Origin: Octopus sinensis
Taxonomy: Eukaryota
Length of the DNA: 64,000 bases
Assembly: GCF_006345805.1 (NCBI RefSeq)
Contig: NC_043000.1
Span: 21,824,001-21,888,000, forward strand
Direction of reading: 5' to 3'
Shown: positions 1-11,710 of the stretch, piece after piece
Layout of the letters: each line of letters opens with the position of its first letter
Position numbering within the stretch: the stretch's first letter is position 1
Program-made: the position numbers and the translations under genes
Notes under the pieces: generated by a model
What the model was told of the DNA's origin: nothing
Seen by the model: the letters and a program-made list of their open reading frames with translations, nothing else
Databases searched by the model: none

Positions 1-133
1 TTCAACCAATCAGTGACGTCTATTGAGGTGAAAACATTCTGTGCCGTATGAATATGTCCCTCGTTTAAGAAACAGATTGGGTTTATTTACATTTCTGAAG
101 AAAAAAGATACCCTTCCCCCACCCCTAACCCTA

Positions 134-400
134 CCATCATCATTGTTCGACCGTGGTCGAGACGATGGAATTTACCATGCTACGCCAGACTTCACGGTCC
201 ATCATAGCATTACGGAGGTCCTGTTGCTGGATGCCTGTATCCCCAGAGATTACATCAGGGTAGGAGAGTGTGCGCCTTCTGGTATCGCGAGAAGAGTATA
301 AATTGCCTCGTTTTCACCTCTACAACGATGTCCACCAACTGGACTCTTCTACCTTTCACAAGAGACGATACAGGTGGTAGTTTCCCATATATTTGCATTT
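134..400 (-). mobile_element. 3' end of RTE-like LINE (degraded ORF2 C-terminus plus short GAT tail)
   Basis: Minus strand reads VSSLVKGRRVQ...PDVISGDTGIQQQDLRNAMMDREVWRSMVNSIVSTTVEQ* followed by gatgatg; DR..WR is typical of RTE C-termini; frameshifted. Confidence 0.7.
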
Positions 401-409
401 TGTTAAGTA

Positions 410-1228
410 AAAGTGAAACAGGCATAAATGAAACACTCCTGTTAATAGTCGAGCATTTAGCAAGTTTAGAAGAAAAATTGCGTTTGTATTTCCCATCGCA
501 GAAAACTGAACAATATGGCTGGATCAGAAACCCATTCGTGGGAACTTCCAATGATTTCGAATTAACATTGATAGAAGAGGAACTCGCTGCTATATCTATT
601 GACCGTGGATTAAGGCGGCGAGCTGGCAGAAACGTTAGCACGCCGGGCGAAATGCTTAGCGGTATTTCATCTGCGTTACGTTGTGAGTTCAAATTCCGCC
701 GAGGTCGACTTTGCCTTTCATCCTTTCGGGGTCGATAAATTAAGTACCAGTTACGCACTGGGGTCGATGTAATCGACTTAATACCTATGTCTGTCCTTGT
801 TTGTCCCCTCTGTGTTTAGCCCCTTGTGGGTAATAAAGAAATACGTGGATTAATGATGAAACACTAGGGATTGTCACTTGAAGCTTTCTGAATTTCTGTA
901 AAAGATGAATATGTTTCGATTTCTAAAAAAACTCTTACAATTTTGCTGCAATTTTCAACTTCATAACTATGTGAATTGGGATTTTCTACTATCAAGTACA
1001 AGAAGCGAGGAACACTTAAATTCATTGATGAAGAAATGCGAGCTTGTCTTTCAAACATATACCCAAACATTGAAGAAATTGCCTAATGTTTCCCATGATC
1101 TCAAGAATGAAGAATCTTAAGGTATGTGTTATTTTCTGTTATTTAGCTTAGAAATTTGTATATAGTGCAGCCACAATTATTTGTAGGGGTTCAAGTGCGC
1201 CATGACCTCAATTGAGTTGAGAACCACT
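410..1228 (+). mobile_element. hAT (Charlie/Buster-type) transposase C-terminal remnant, interrupted by a SINE
   Basis: EHLASLEEKLRLYFP..WIRNPF..DRGL, then after the SINE F*ISVKDEYVSISKKTLTILLQFSTS*LCELGFSTIKYKKR..MRACLSNIYPNI (hAT dimerisation domain with stops); TIR-like gttgagaaccact at 1216-1228. Confidence 0.85.
614..843 (+). mobile_element. SINE family A (head ggcggcgagctggcagaa; central gcctttcatcctttcggggtcgataa resembles the MetaSINE domain)
   Basis: 10-bp TSD cgtggattaa at 604-613 and 844-853; further copies at about 3620-3808, 11860-12045, 13783-13950, 20110-20320, 46532-46710. Confidence 0.9.
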
Positions 1229-1499
1229 TCTTTAAAGTAGAGTTGAATATTTCGTGTAGACACCATTTTGTAGGGTGTATTACCCAATTTTCTGGGCTCT
1301 TTCACAGCTATACGCCATTCTAAATTTACACTAGTTTTTGTATGAAAAAAAAAAAAAAAAGGGAGATCCGCTTCTTTGCAGTTTGTCAAGAAATCGTTAA
1401 ACGTGCCCGAAATAGAACATGGTCTCCTCACCTCCACTAAAAGACACGAAGAACTATGAAAGACGGTGAATAAGTGCCGGGGTTGAGAGAAAGAAGACA

Positions 1500-1860
1500 G
1501 AACTGTAGTGATCCTATAACGGTGCGCGCGCGCGCACCGTCCATTTTCTATTTCGCGCGTGTTGGTGCCTTTACCAAGGCACAGAAAGGAAGGGCCCTCT
1601 CGCGCATGCGCGAACCACCGGAAGCACGACCCTTTTGCCTACGTGGTAGTTAGCCAAGGCAAGGGGGTCGTAGAACGTTTGACCGCTAGCAGCAGCAGCG
1701 GGGACTTGGGACAGCAGCGACCGAAGGCGACGGACGTGTATTTTCTCGCTGTCCAGCTTTGATAGCAGTTGGCCGAAAGCTTTTAACCAAATTGTTGCCG
1801 ACCACATTCATCTTCCCTGTTCCGGACGCCATCTTTAACCCGTTCTGTTTTTAGCGGCTG
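1500..1860. promoter_or_regulatory. CpG-rich promoter-like island (NRF1, ETS, YY1 motifs), probably driving a minus-strand transcript
   Basis: tcgcgcatgcgcga 1600-1613, ccggaag 1618-1624, ttccgg 1820-1825, cgccatcttt 1827-1836; CpG-dense compared with flanks; minus-strand donor-like sites TTG|gtaaag (1575) and GAG|gtgagg (1432). Confidence 0.65.
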
Positions 1861-4769
1861 AACATTGTAAATATTACAATCCATTAACTTTCAGCCTTGC
1901 GCGCCCAGAACCAAGGACATCAGATAACCACTTATTGTTACTGTTACCACATTAGAGAATAAAGTAGTATATATCTTTTACGTCTGCGTCTTGTTGTTTC
2001 TGACTGGTAGAATTCTGGATTTTAAAGCAACGGCTAGTGATTGCTTTCTTGTACCCCGAAAGTACAAGAGAAGATATATCCACACTAAATCTGTTACAGA
2101 ACTAACACTCGATCGTTCTAGAACTCCCAGAATAAAAACGTAAACACATGAAAGAGCCTCTATTCATTACTAAATGTCTTTCCCTGTTCTTCATTGTCAA
2201 ATGTAAAGAAGCTAGAAAAGATCGATCGTATTTCAGTCTAATTGTCATTTTAAATGACTGAAGCTTTCCTTTCTCTGTCTCTATTGCTTCACTCCTCTTC
2301 TTTACAGTTGAGAGTGAAGGTGAAGATGCGTGGCTCAATGGTTATGGGTATTCAGCCCACGATCGTAAAGTCATGAGTATGATTCCCACAGCGCGCTGAG
2401 TTTTTGAGCAAGGTACTGTACTTCACCTTGCTGCAGTCCACTCAGCTGGCAAAAATGAGTTGTAGTTGTAATTCAAAGGGGCTAGCCTTGTCACATTTTT
2501 GTGTGAGGCTGAATCTCCTTAACTTACATTATGGTATGCATGACTGTGGAGTAGTCAGCCACTTGTACGTTAATTTTACGAGCGGACTGTTCCTTGGATC
2601 AGATAAACAGAAACCTCGTCATCGTAACCAACAGAGTGCCATTTTTTAAAAAGAGTGAAAGAAAAGGAAATGTTCCATATTGTAAGGCAAAAATGTTATG
2701 TGTTTAGTATAAGCAGTGAAAGCTAAGACGAAATAATTGCTATTCCGTCATTTATTCACCCTCGACTCACACTCAATTTGATAACAACAGCTTGCGTCAC
2801 GGTGCTTATCTGAGGGCTTGGCCTCCAGATCTGTGAGACCTACAAATGCCGCTGTTTGGACCGGATTAACACCTATAGTGACCCTAACAACTAAAAAGAT
2901 CTTCCTGCCCCTATATAGGGTCTTTTTTCATTTTCTTCCAACCAATTGAAGGCTTATCTTGCTCCAGTCCACTCAGCTGGCCAAAATGAGTTGTAGCTGT
3001 AATTCAAAGAGTCGAGCCCTGTCATATTTTGTGAAAGGCTGAATCTCCCTGAGAACTACGTTAATGATATACATGTCTGTGGAGTACTCAGCCACTTGTG
3101 AGTTAATTTTATCCTCGTGTGGTAATGAAAAGTGAAAGTGATATCCAATATTTGCTGTAGTTATTGGTCTTTGATTTAATGTGTCTACGTATCCATGTAT
3201 CAACTTTTCTTTCACTCTATGTATTTACTGTCTCTTTCCCTTCCTCTGTGTCGCTCCTCTCTCCCACTTTTAACAATGTGTATCAACAATGTGTACCCAT
3301 GTATCAACTTTTTTTTCGATCTATGTATCTACTTTTCTTGTGATGTGATAAACATTTAAAAACACAAAATGAACGCTGTCACCACTCACTGTCTCTTTCT
3401 CTCTTACTTCCTCTCTGAAACATCTAAAAACACAAAACAAACGCAATCACCACTCACTGTCTCTTTCACTCTTTCTCTCTCTCTTACTTCCTCTCTGTCC
3501 TCCTCTCATTCGCTTTGCCACTCACATCTTTCTTTAAAGTAAATGTGACACACACCACAGGTACATACAAAAATAACAAGTTGGCACATTAATATTATTA
3601 ATAATAACAATAATAATCCTTATCTACTATAGGCACAAGGCCTGAAATTGGGAGAGGGGGATAGTCGATTGCATCGACCCTAGTACTTAATAAGAGGATG
3701 AAAGGCAAAATCGACCTTGGTGGAATTTCAACTCAGTACATAGCAGCAGACGAAATACTGCTAAGCATTTCGTCTGGCATGCTAACGATACTGCCAGCTC
3801 ACTGTCCATATATGGTTTTGAGCTGTAGCTTTCTTTTTTTTTAGTTTCTGGATTTGGGGTAAGCATGCATACAGACAATTCACAGTTATACATAAATATG
3901 AATCAGATTAATTATAATATTGCTCCAAAATTAATTAAAAACAAACAATAAGAACAACTTTTTTATTTAGCATTTTATTCAAGCACATAGGTATAAACAG
4001 GCAGTATATAAAATGTCTTCATAGATAGATATAAACAAACAATATAAAAATGTTTTCATACAACCAATTTTTTTTTTACATTTTTTTCAGTGTTCACCTT
4101 AATTTTAAAGTATTTTGGTTGATAATTTATTTTAGGTGGAAAAAAATTGCTAAATTTTGGGAAAATTAATGAGATACCAGCACAATTTATAGTCACTGAA
4201 TTAGAACTTATCCAGCAAAATATTTTAAATTGGGGATTGGTTCCTTTAAAATTCATCCAAAATATAATATATAAAGTGTGTGTGTGTGTATGTGTGTTTT
4301 AGAAGTTTGTTTCCCAACCAAATGATTTCAAGTCAATCCACTGTATGGCACCTTGAGTAAATGATTTCTACTATAGCTCTGAGCAGACCAGAGCTTTGTG
4401 AGTGGATTTGGCACATGGAAACTGAAAGAAGCTTGTCATAGTCATCATTTAATGTCTGTGTACTTAAGAAGACCTGCCTACCACAACAGAATTGAGATCC
4501 TAAAACCAAGGTACCACATAAAAAAGCATTGATGTGGGGGATGGCACCATATAAAATGCATCCAGTACACTCCGTAAAGTGGTTAGCATTAGAAAGGGCA
4601 TCTAGCTGTAGAAACCAAGCCGAAACAGACTCTGGAACCTGGTGAGGTCCCTGGCCTTGCCAGTTCCTGTCAAGCCATCCAACCCATGGCAGCATGGAAA
4701 ACAGATGTTAAATGATGATGATTTTCCATACTGGCAGGGTTTGGATGGTTTAACAGGAATCTGATGTAT

Positions 4770-5074
4770 GTGGAGGCACATGGCCTAGTGGTTAGAGCAG
4801 CGGACTCACGGTTGAGGGATCGTGGGTTCGAATCTCAGACTGGGTGGTGTGTGTGTTTATGAGTGAAACACCTAAGCTCCATGCAGCTCCGGCAGGAGGT
4901 AATGGCGAACCTCTGCTGACTCTTTCGCCACAACTTTCTCTCACTCTTTCCTCCTGCATCTTGCAGCTCACCTGTGACGGACCAGCATCCTGTCCAGGTG
5001 GGGAACCTATACACCAAGAAACTGGGAAACCGGCCCTTATGAGCCAGGCATGGCTCGAGAAGGAACAAATATCC
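4770..5074 (+). mobile_element. tRNA-derived SINE (family D) nested in an older SINE
   Basis: A box tggcctagtgg, B box gttcgaatc; 12-bp TSD aatctgatgtat at 4758-4769 and 5075-5086. Confidence 0.9.
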
Positions 5075-5969
5075 AATCTGATGTATCCAAGGACTGCATC
5101 ATGCTCCAGTGTCTGCTTTGGTATGATTTCTACTGCTGGATGCCCTTCCTAATGCCAACCACTTTATAGCAGAGACTGGGTGCTTTATTTGTACCAAACT
5201 GCACTACAGAGGTTGCCATGCACTTTACAGAACAACCATCACACTAATGAATGAGAGATTGAACTATGAGAATGGTGAGGGGCAGTGCCAGTTCTTGTAG
5301 ATAATATGCATTGGTACTCACAGCTAGTTAGGGAAAAGGAGAAAAAGAGGAAATAAGCAACAGATGCTACAAGGGATAGATAATGGCGATGAGCTACTGA
5401 GATGGCCCCACAAGGCACAAGGTGAATCAAAGAATCAGTTTGGTGGGTTTTTTTCACTTTATTTGGACTTGACATGGATATAGCCTCTTCGTAAGATGTT
5501 ACAAATAAATATAAATGACAAGTACGATTCAGCTGAAACCTTATCTAGAGAAAAATGAAAAAGCTTGTACGGACATGATAACAATAAATGAATTAATAAA
5601 TGCAGATAAATCAAATAATTATCTGATAAGGTTTTACTGGTGAAGTGCTCATTATATGTTCAAATAAAATAAAGACAAAAATATGTTGCTAATAGGAACA
5701 GATATGTGGTTAAGAAGCTCACTTTGCAACCAAATGGTATTATGTTCAATCCCAGTGTACAGCACCTTAAGTGTCCTCTACTATAGCCCTGGGCCAAACA
5801 ATGCTTTCTGAGTGGATTTGGTAGACGGAACCTGTGAAGAAGCCCACCATATGTGTAAATGCGTGTGTGTGTATTCCTAATGCACTGCTTGATGACTGGT
5901 GTTGGTTTGTTTATATCCCCATAATCTCGTAATCTAACAGTTCAGTGAAACAGACCAATTGGATAATTT

Positions 5970-6260
5970 TTTTTTTTTCGCCCTAGCCAGGCTCATGGGC
6001 CCAGTTTCTATGGTGTATATGTATTCCCCCCAGCTGGATGGGACGCCAGTCCATCGCAGTGTTACTCAAGAAACAGGAAGAAAGAGAGGAAGTTGGGGCA
6101 AAAGAGTACAACAGGGGTCGCCACCACTCCCTGCCAGAGCCTCATGGAGCTTTAGGTGTTTTCACTCACTAAACACACACAACGCCCGGTCTGAGAATCG
6201 AAACCACGATCCTCTGACTGCGAGTCTGTTGCCCTAACCCCTGGGCCATTGCACCTCCAC
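5970..6260 (-). mobile_element. tRNA-derived SINE (family D variant)
   Basis: Head gtggaggtgcaatggcccaggggttagggc; body homologous to 4770-5074; A-rich tail. Confidence 0.8.
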
Positions 6261-6885
6261 AATAGAATAAATAGCAAACTTTATATAAATAGTAAGCATT
6301 GGGGACAATTTGTTTGACTAAAAGCCTTTCACCCTGAAACAAATAAAAGACCAAACAAATAAAAGATCAAACACTTTGAAACAAGTAAAAGATAAGAGAT
6401 AGCTGCATATATAATTAATACTAATACTTTGTAATTACATTGGAAATGTATTTTTTCCTCTCTTAATAATCATAGCAATTATTGAGAGTGTGCGTGACCT
6501 TATCACATTCATGACAGCTTTAGTAACTATAGCAACAGGGCAAGTAAAAATTACATTTGTTGGCTGGAGAGGTTGGTGTCAGCTATAGAGAAAGCTTATA
6601 ACTTAGTATTACTTTATTGATAATGCAATCAATAAGATGAAGGACAGCCATGGGAAATAATTTCATTGTGACAAAAGGATGAATTAGATGGCTAAGTAAG
6701 GGGCTGAAGGGTTCTGGTAATAAATATAGAAGTTTTAAAGAGGGAGGGGCAAGGAATAGGAGGAGGATTCCAGGAATAATTGTTCTTCTTTTGTCTTCTA
6801 TCTTTTACTTGTTTCTGTCAATGGGCTGTAGCCATGCTGGGGTACCGCATTAAAGGGTATAGTTGAACAAGTCAAGCTCAGTTCT

Positions 6886-7260
6886 ATATTTAAGAGATGA
6901 GGAATTATGTACATTATTTACGTTCGATGGATATTTATCCTCATCTTGTTTGTTGTTAGCACAACGTTTCGGCTGATATATCCTCCAGCCTTCGTCAGGT
7001 GTCTTGGGGAAATTTCGAACCCGGGCTCTCAGTCCTAAGGTATTTTTCAATGTTATTATTATTATTATTATTATTATTGTTCAGGTCACTGCTTGGAATT
7101 GAACTTGGCATCTTAGGGTTAGTAGCCCGAGCTCTTAACCACTATGCCATACGCCCATGGGCATATGAAGAAGGCTTGAGGGTATATCAGCCGAAACATT
7201 GTGTTAACAACAAACAAGATGAGGACAAATATCCGTCGAATGTAAATAATATAAATAATG
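6886..7260 (-). mobile_element. tRNA-headed, hammerhead-containing Penelope-like/SINE element with inverted partial copy
   Basis: tRNA-like head 7084-7156 (A box 7139-7149, B box 7095-7106), (AAT)n, HHR 6959-7002; inverted partial copy about 7165-7257; 17-bp TSD with 1 mismatch at 6869-6885 and 7261-7277. Confidence 0.8.
6959..7002 (-). ncRNA. Minimal type I hammerhead ribozyme motif
   Basis: acac-CUGACGA-A-GGCUG(10-nt loop)CAGCC-GAAAC-GUU-gugc: intact core, 5-bp stem II, palindromic loopless stem III (AACGUU), short stem I. Confidence 0.75.
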
Positions 7261-8597
7261 AAGTCAACCTCAGTTCTTACTTTCAAGTCTGGTACTTAGC
7301 GGTTCAGCAAAAGTAACCAACAAGCTAAGTTACAAGGACAAAAAAACCCCATCAGTGATGGTGGGAGAACAATCACAAAGACATGCACACACATATATGA
7401 TGAACTTCTACAGTTTCCATCAACCAAATTCACTCACAAGACATTGGTCAGCCTGGGGCTATAGAAGAAATCTGTCCAAGGTGCTACACAGTGGGACTGA
7501 ACCAGAAACCATGTGGTTACAAAGCAGGCTTTTTAGCCAAGCAATTTTTGGCTTTCAGTAACTAGAAGTGAAGAAAATTTATTGGTTATGAATAAGATTA
7601 TTGACATATAATGTTACCAGATTTGAACTCAGAATGGGAAGAAATGTCATTAAATATTTTGTCCAACATACTAACATTTCTGCTGGCTTGCCACCCTTAT
7701 TTATGTGCTAAGGAGAAAGATATTTTGATCTTTGTGTATAAAGGACAACTAAGGACATATTTCAGTTAATTAGACATAATCTACTCATACCTGTTTTATC
7801 AAGTGACAAAGATTTTTCACACATAATAAAAGGATTACAAAATGAATGTTATGCTTGTTTGAGGAGATCAGAATAACAGAGGAACATGTCCTAAGTTGTC
7901 CCCCGCATTTGCTCATAAAATGAAAAAAAATTTTATTAGTCACTGCCTATTCCATTTTTTCCCCCAACCCTTCTGATCAAATATTAATATCAGTTTAGCA
8001 TTTTAATGCTCTTTACATTAAATAGTTAATACTAACATAGTTTATTAAAATTGGTTGAAAAGATACAGACGCTGTAGGATGAGTGTACATGCTTGACTTT
8101 GTGGTAGGCAATGTGCAAAGGAATGCTAAACACACACACACACACTCAAACCCTTCCTAATTTTACGACTTTTTTTCACATATGGATGCGTAAAAGACCC
8201 CTTTCAGTCATGATTGACCTTGGGATTGCTCCTAGAAAGTTCCCCTCTGAAGCACAATTTTGGACAAGATTGTTTATGGAAGACCAGCAGTTACCCATGC
8301 ATACCAGTCTCCCCCTTCTCCATGCCAACAATTTTATCCAAGCGAAAGGCAAAGAATTTTAGTTAATTGAATCAAACTCAGTATTTATTATTTTCTTTTA
8401 CATGCTTCAGTCATTTGGCTGTGGCCATACTGGAGCACCGCCTTAAAGGGTTTTAGTCAAAGAAATCGACCTCATGACTTATCATTTGTAAACCTAGTAC
8501 TTATTCAATCAGTCTCTTTTGCCAAACCGCTAAGTTACAGGGACGTAAACACACCAGAATCAGTTGTCAAGTGATGGTGCAGAGACATACACCCATA

Positions 8598-9047
8598 TCT
8601 ATTATATAAAATCCGTTCTGTCTGTGTGTGTGTGTGTCTTCTAGGATCTCGGGCATCCTCCATCCGATTGCGCTCAAATTTGATTTGTAGATACCAACGT
8701 TATCAGGGCATGTATAAGTCTTGAAAAAATTACAAAAATCGATTCCAGGTGAGAATGCAATCGATAAAGCCATGAGAACGTGCATTTGTACGCACAAGTA
8801 CATCAGCTGTTGTGATGTACTTACTGGTACTTTAAACTCTTTGGTTGCATATTTGTGTGAATAAAATTGTTTTTCTTTGGAATAGAAAAAAGTCTATCTT
8901 TATTTCTTCTTTTGCTAGTGTCTTAAATTTAGGTTAAATCAGTGTTTCTCAAAGGTAAAGGCCTATGGGATGGTCAGACAAGTTGTTTTGAGAAAATTTG
9001 GTTTAAATGTTTGACAACTCAGCATAATCCATTGGATGGGGGGGGTG

Positions 9048-9050
<3 letters not shown>
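8598..9050 (+). mobile_element. Non-autonomous Helitron-like fragment nested in a family B SINE
   Basis: Starts A|TCTATTATATAAAA followed by a (TG)/(TC) microsatellite like the 53622 element; 3' end not resolved. Confidence 0.45.
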
Positions 9051-9095
<45 letters not shown>

Positions 9096-9767
9096 TCTTC
9101 ATTCAGTTTCCATCTATTAAATCTACTCACAAGGCTTCAGTCAGTCAGAGGCTATAGTAGAAGACACTTGCCCAAGATGCCACTGTGCGGCATCTTGGGC
9201 AAGTACCAGTGAAACACTTGGGTCGTTGTAATCAACTAGTCCCCTCCCCACCACTGTATCTGAAAAACAAAGACAGCAGGAATGCTCTTGACTGTAGTTA
9301 GGTCTACTTGATCAGAGTTGATCAAATTTAAAATAGTTTTTTTTCTATGGTAATCTGAAAATGCAGGAAGATTTAGTGACTATTCATAGCAAAATGAACG
9401 TGTAGAGGATCCCTCATTGCATAAAAGGATGTACTCATTGCAGTCAGCTGCATGAGATAGGAAAGAAAAAGATGGGGTGAGTACAGCTGGAACATATTTG
9501 ATGACAGGTCAGCTAAATCTTGGTAGGCCTGGAGCTATCCAACTATAAATCAAAAAAGAAATTGATCCAATAATCCCAGATCAGTTTCATTGGACATTTA
9601 ATCCAAAAAGAAACTGGGTGTCAGGTGTTGTTCAAGGATTACTCACAAAGACACACATTTAAATTTCTTCATCACTTTGTAAAACAGGGATATGTAAACA
9701 CTACTTTGCTTACATTACTGCCAGCTTTTCAGTAAAAGAAACAATTCTTACATAGTAATATATATAC

Positions 9768-9831
<64 letters not shown>

Positions 9832-9882
9832 TACATGTATATATATATATATAGTAATATATACATGTATATATATATATAT

Positions 9883-10085
9883 ATCATCATCATCATTTAG
9901 CGTCCGTTTTCCATGCTAGCATGGGTTGGACGGTTTAACTGGGGTTTGTGAAGCCGGAAAGCTACATCAGGCCCAGTCAGATTTGGCAGTGTTTCTACGG
10001 CTGGATGCCCTTCCTAACGCCAACCACTCCGTGAGTGTAGTAGGTGCTTTTTACGTGCTACCTGCACAGGTGCCAGGCAGAGCTA
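9883..10085 (-). mobile_element. SINE family C (RTE-type (GAT)n tail)
   Basis: catcatcatcatttagcgtccgttttccatgctagcatgggttggacg...ggatgcccttcctaacgccaacc; further copies at about 14801-15097, 17223-17740, 23971-24298, 28182-28432, 44331-44470. Confidence 0.85.
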
Positions 10086-10331
10086 CATGTATATATATAT
10101 ATATAGTAATATATATACATGTATATATATATATATATATGTGTATACACACAGTGGGAATGAACCTGGAACCATGTGGTTTGTAAGCAAGCTACTTACC
10201 ACACAGCCACTCCTACGCCTATATATCAACAATTGTAACAATGAGTGTTCAGTTGTCTTAACTGAATTTCTTACTCATTGAATTAGCATATTATAAGTGG
10301 CTGAGTATTCCACAGACTTTACATTTTCATG

Positions 10332-10373
<42 letters not shown>

Positions 10374-10412
10374 CGGGAAGCTTTATGAAAATAGACAAAA
10401 GACGAAGGCAGG

Positions 10413-10858
10413 TTTACGGAAATAAACAAAAGACGAAGGCAGGTGGAATACAAACAAACAATTGTATTAGTATGGCACTCAGGAAATATAAATGAAACAA
10501 GTCTTTAACGTTTCGAGCCTACACTCTTCAACAGAAAGATACACAGAGAAAAAACACAGAAAGAAGGAGAAAAAAAAAAAATATGCGTGCAGAATATCTG
10601 AGAAAATAAAAATAAAACGAACGGGACAACTTGTTCGCATAAACTGTCCCGTTCGTTTTATTTTTATTTTCTCATATATTCTGCACGCATATTTTTTTTC
10701 TCTCCTTCTTTCTGTGTTTTTTCTCTGTGTATCTTTCTGTTGAAGAGCGCAGGCTCGAAACGTTAAAGACTTGTTTCATTTATATTTCCTGAGCGCCATA
10801 CTAATACAATTGTTTGTTTGTATTCCACCTGCCTTCGTCTTTTGTTTATTTCCATAAA
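10413..10858. mobile_element. Foldback element (about 215-bp arms, 16-nt loop) with a hammerhead-like motif in each arm, between TA-rich microsatellites
   Basis: Arms 10413-10628 and 10645-10858 are near-perfect reverse complements; HHR-like motifs at 10732-10769 (+) and 10502-10539 (-). Confidence 0.85.
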
Positions 10859-11326
10859 TATATATATATACATATGTATACATACATACGTACGCACATA
10901 TACATACACATTCATAAATGTACACACACACACACATACATGTGCACACACACACACACATTATGTATATTAAAATAGTAGTCAGTACCAAATTTATTAC
11001 AAAAGAATGTGGTTTTAATCATAAATTAAAAACAATACTGTATGAATTGATGAAAAAACAGTAGCATTATTGTATGTTATTTAAATAATTTGGTCAGGAG
11101 CTTTCTACAGAAACTTAAATGAACAGTTTGCATATTTGACATACTCTAAGACAAAACAATATTTATTTGTAGAGAAGAATAAGTAGAACAGTCAGAATTT
11201 TATAATTAGATCTGGCATACCATGTAAAGTTACTGAATTAAAGAGAAATTTGCAGACGTAAAGTTAAACATATGCTTACACACATATATGTCAACAATTG
11301 TAACAATGAGTGTTCAGTTGTTTAAT

Positions 11327-11710
11327 TACTCTTTTACTTGTTTCAGTCGTTCGACTGTGGCCATGCTGGAGCACCGCCTTTAGTCAAGCAAATCGACCCC
11401 AGGACTTATTTTTGTAAGCCTAGTACTTATTCTATCAGTCTCTTTTGCCGAACCACTAAGTTAAGTTACGGGGAAGTAAACACAGTTGTGGGGACAAACA
11501 CAGATGCACACACACACACACACACACATACATACATATATATATACATATATACGACGGGTTTCTTTCAGTTTCTGTCTACCAAATCCACTCACAAGGC
11601 TTTGGTCGGCCCGAGGTTATAGTAGAAGACACTTGCCCAATGTGCCATGCAGTGGGTCTGAACCCAGAACCATGTGGTTCATAAGCAAGCTACTTACCAC
11701 ACAGCCACTC
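11327..11710 (-). mobile_element. SINE family B (head ggagtggctgtgtggtaag, CORE-like accttgggcaagt, internal TA/TG microsatellite)
   Basis: Full-length copy; homologous copies at about 12580-13215, 15377-15786, 16335-16712, 40225-40592, 42410-42640, 56311-56710, 61929-62292. Confidence 0.9.

Noticed and set aside
268-738. 156-aa and 167-aa overlapping ORFs
   Set aside because: Chimeras of an RTE fragment, hAT transposase remnant and SINE; not a gene
4770-4850. tRNA genes at SINE heads (also 7084-7156, 55230-55300)
   Set aside because: A/B boxes are present but there is no proper acceptor stem, and each continues into a SINE body with TSDs
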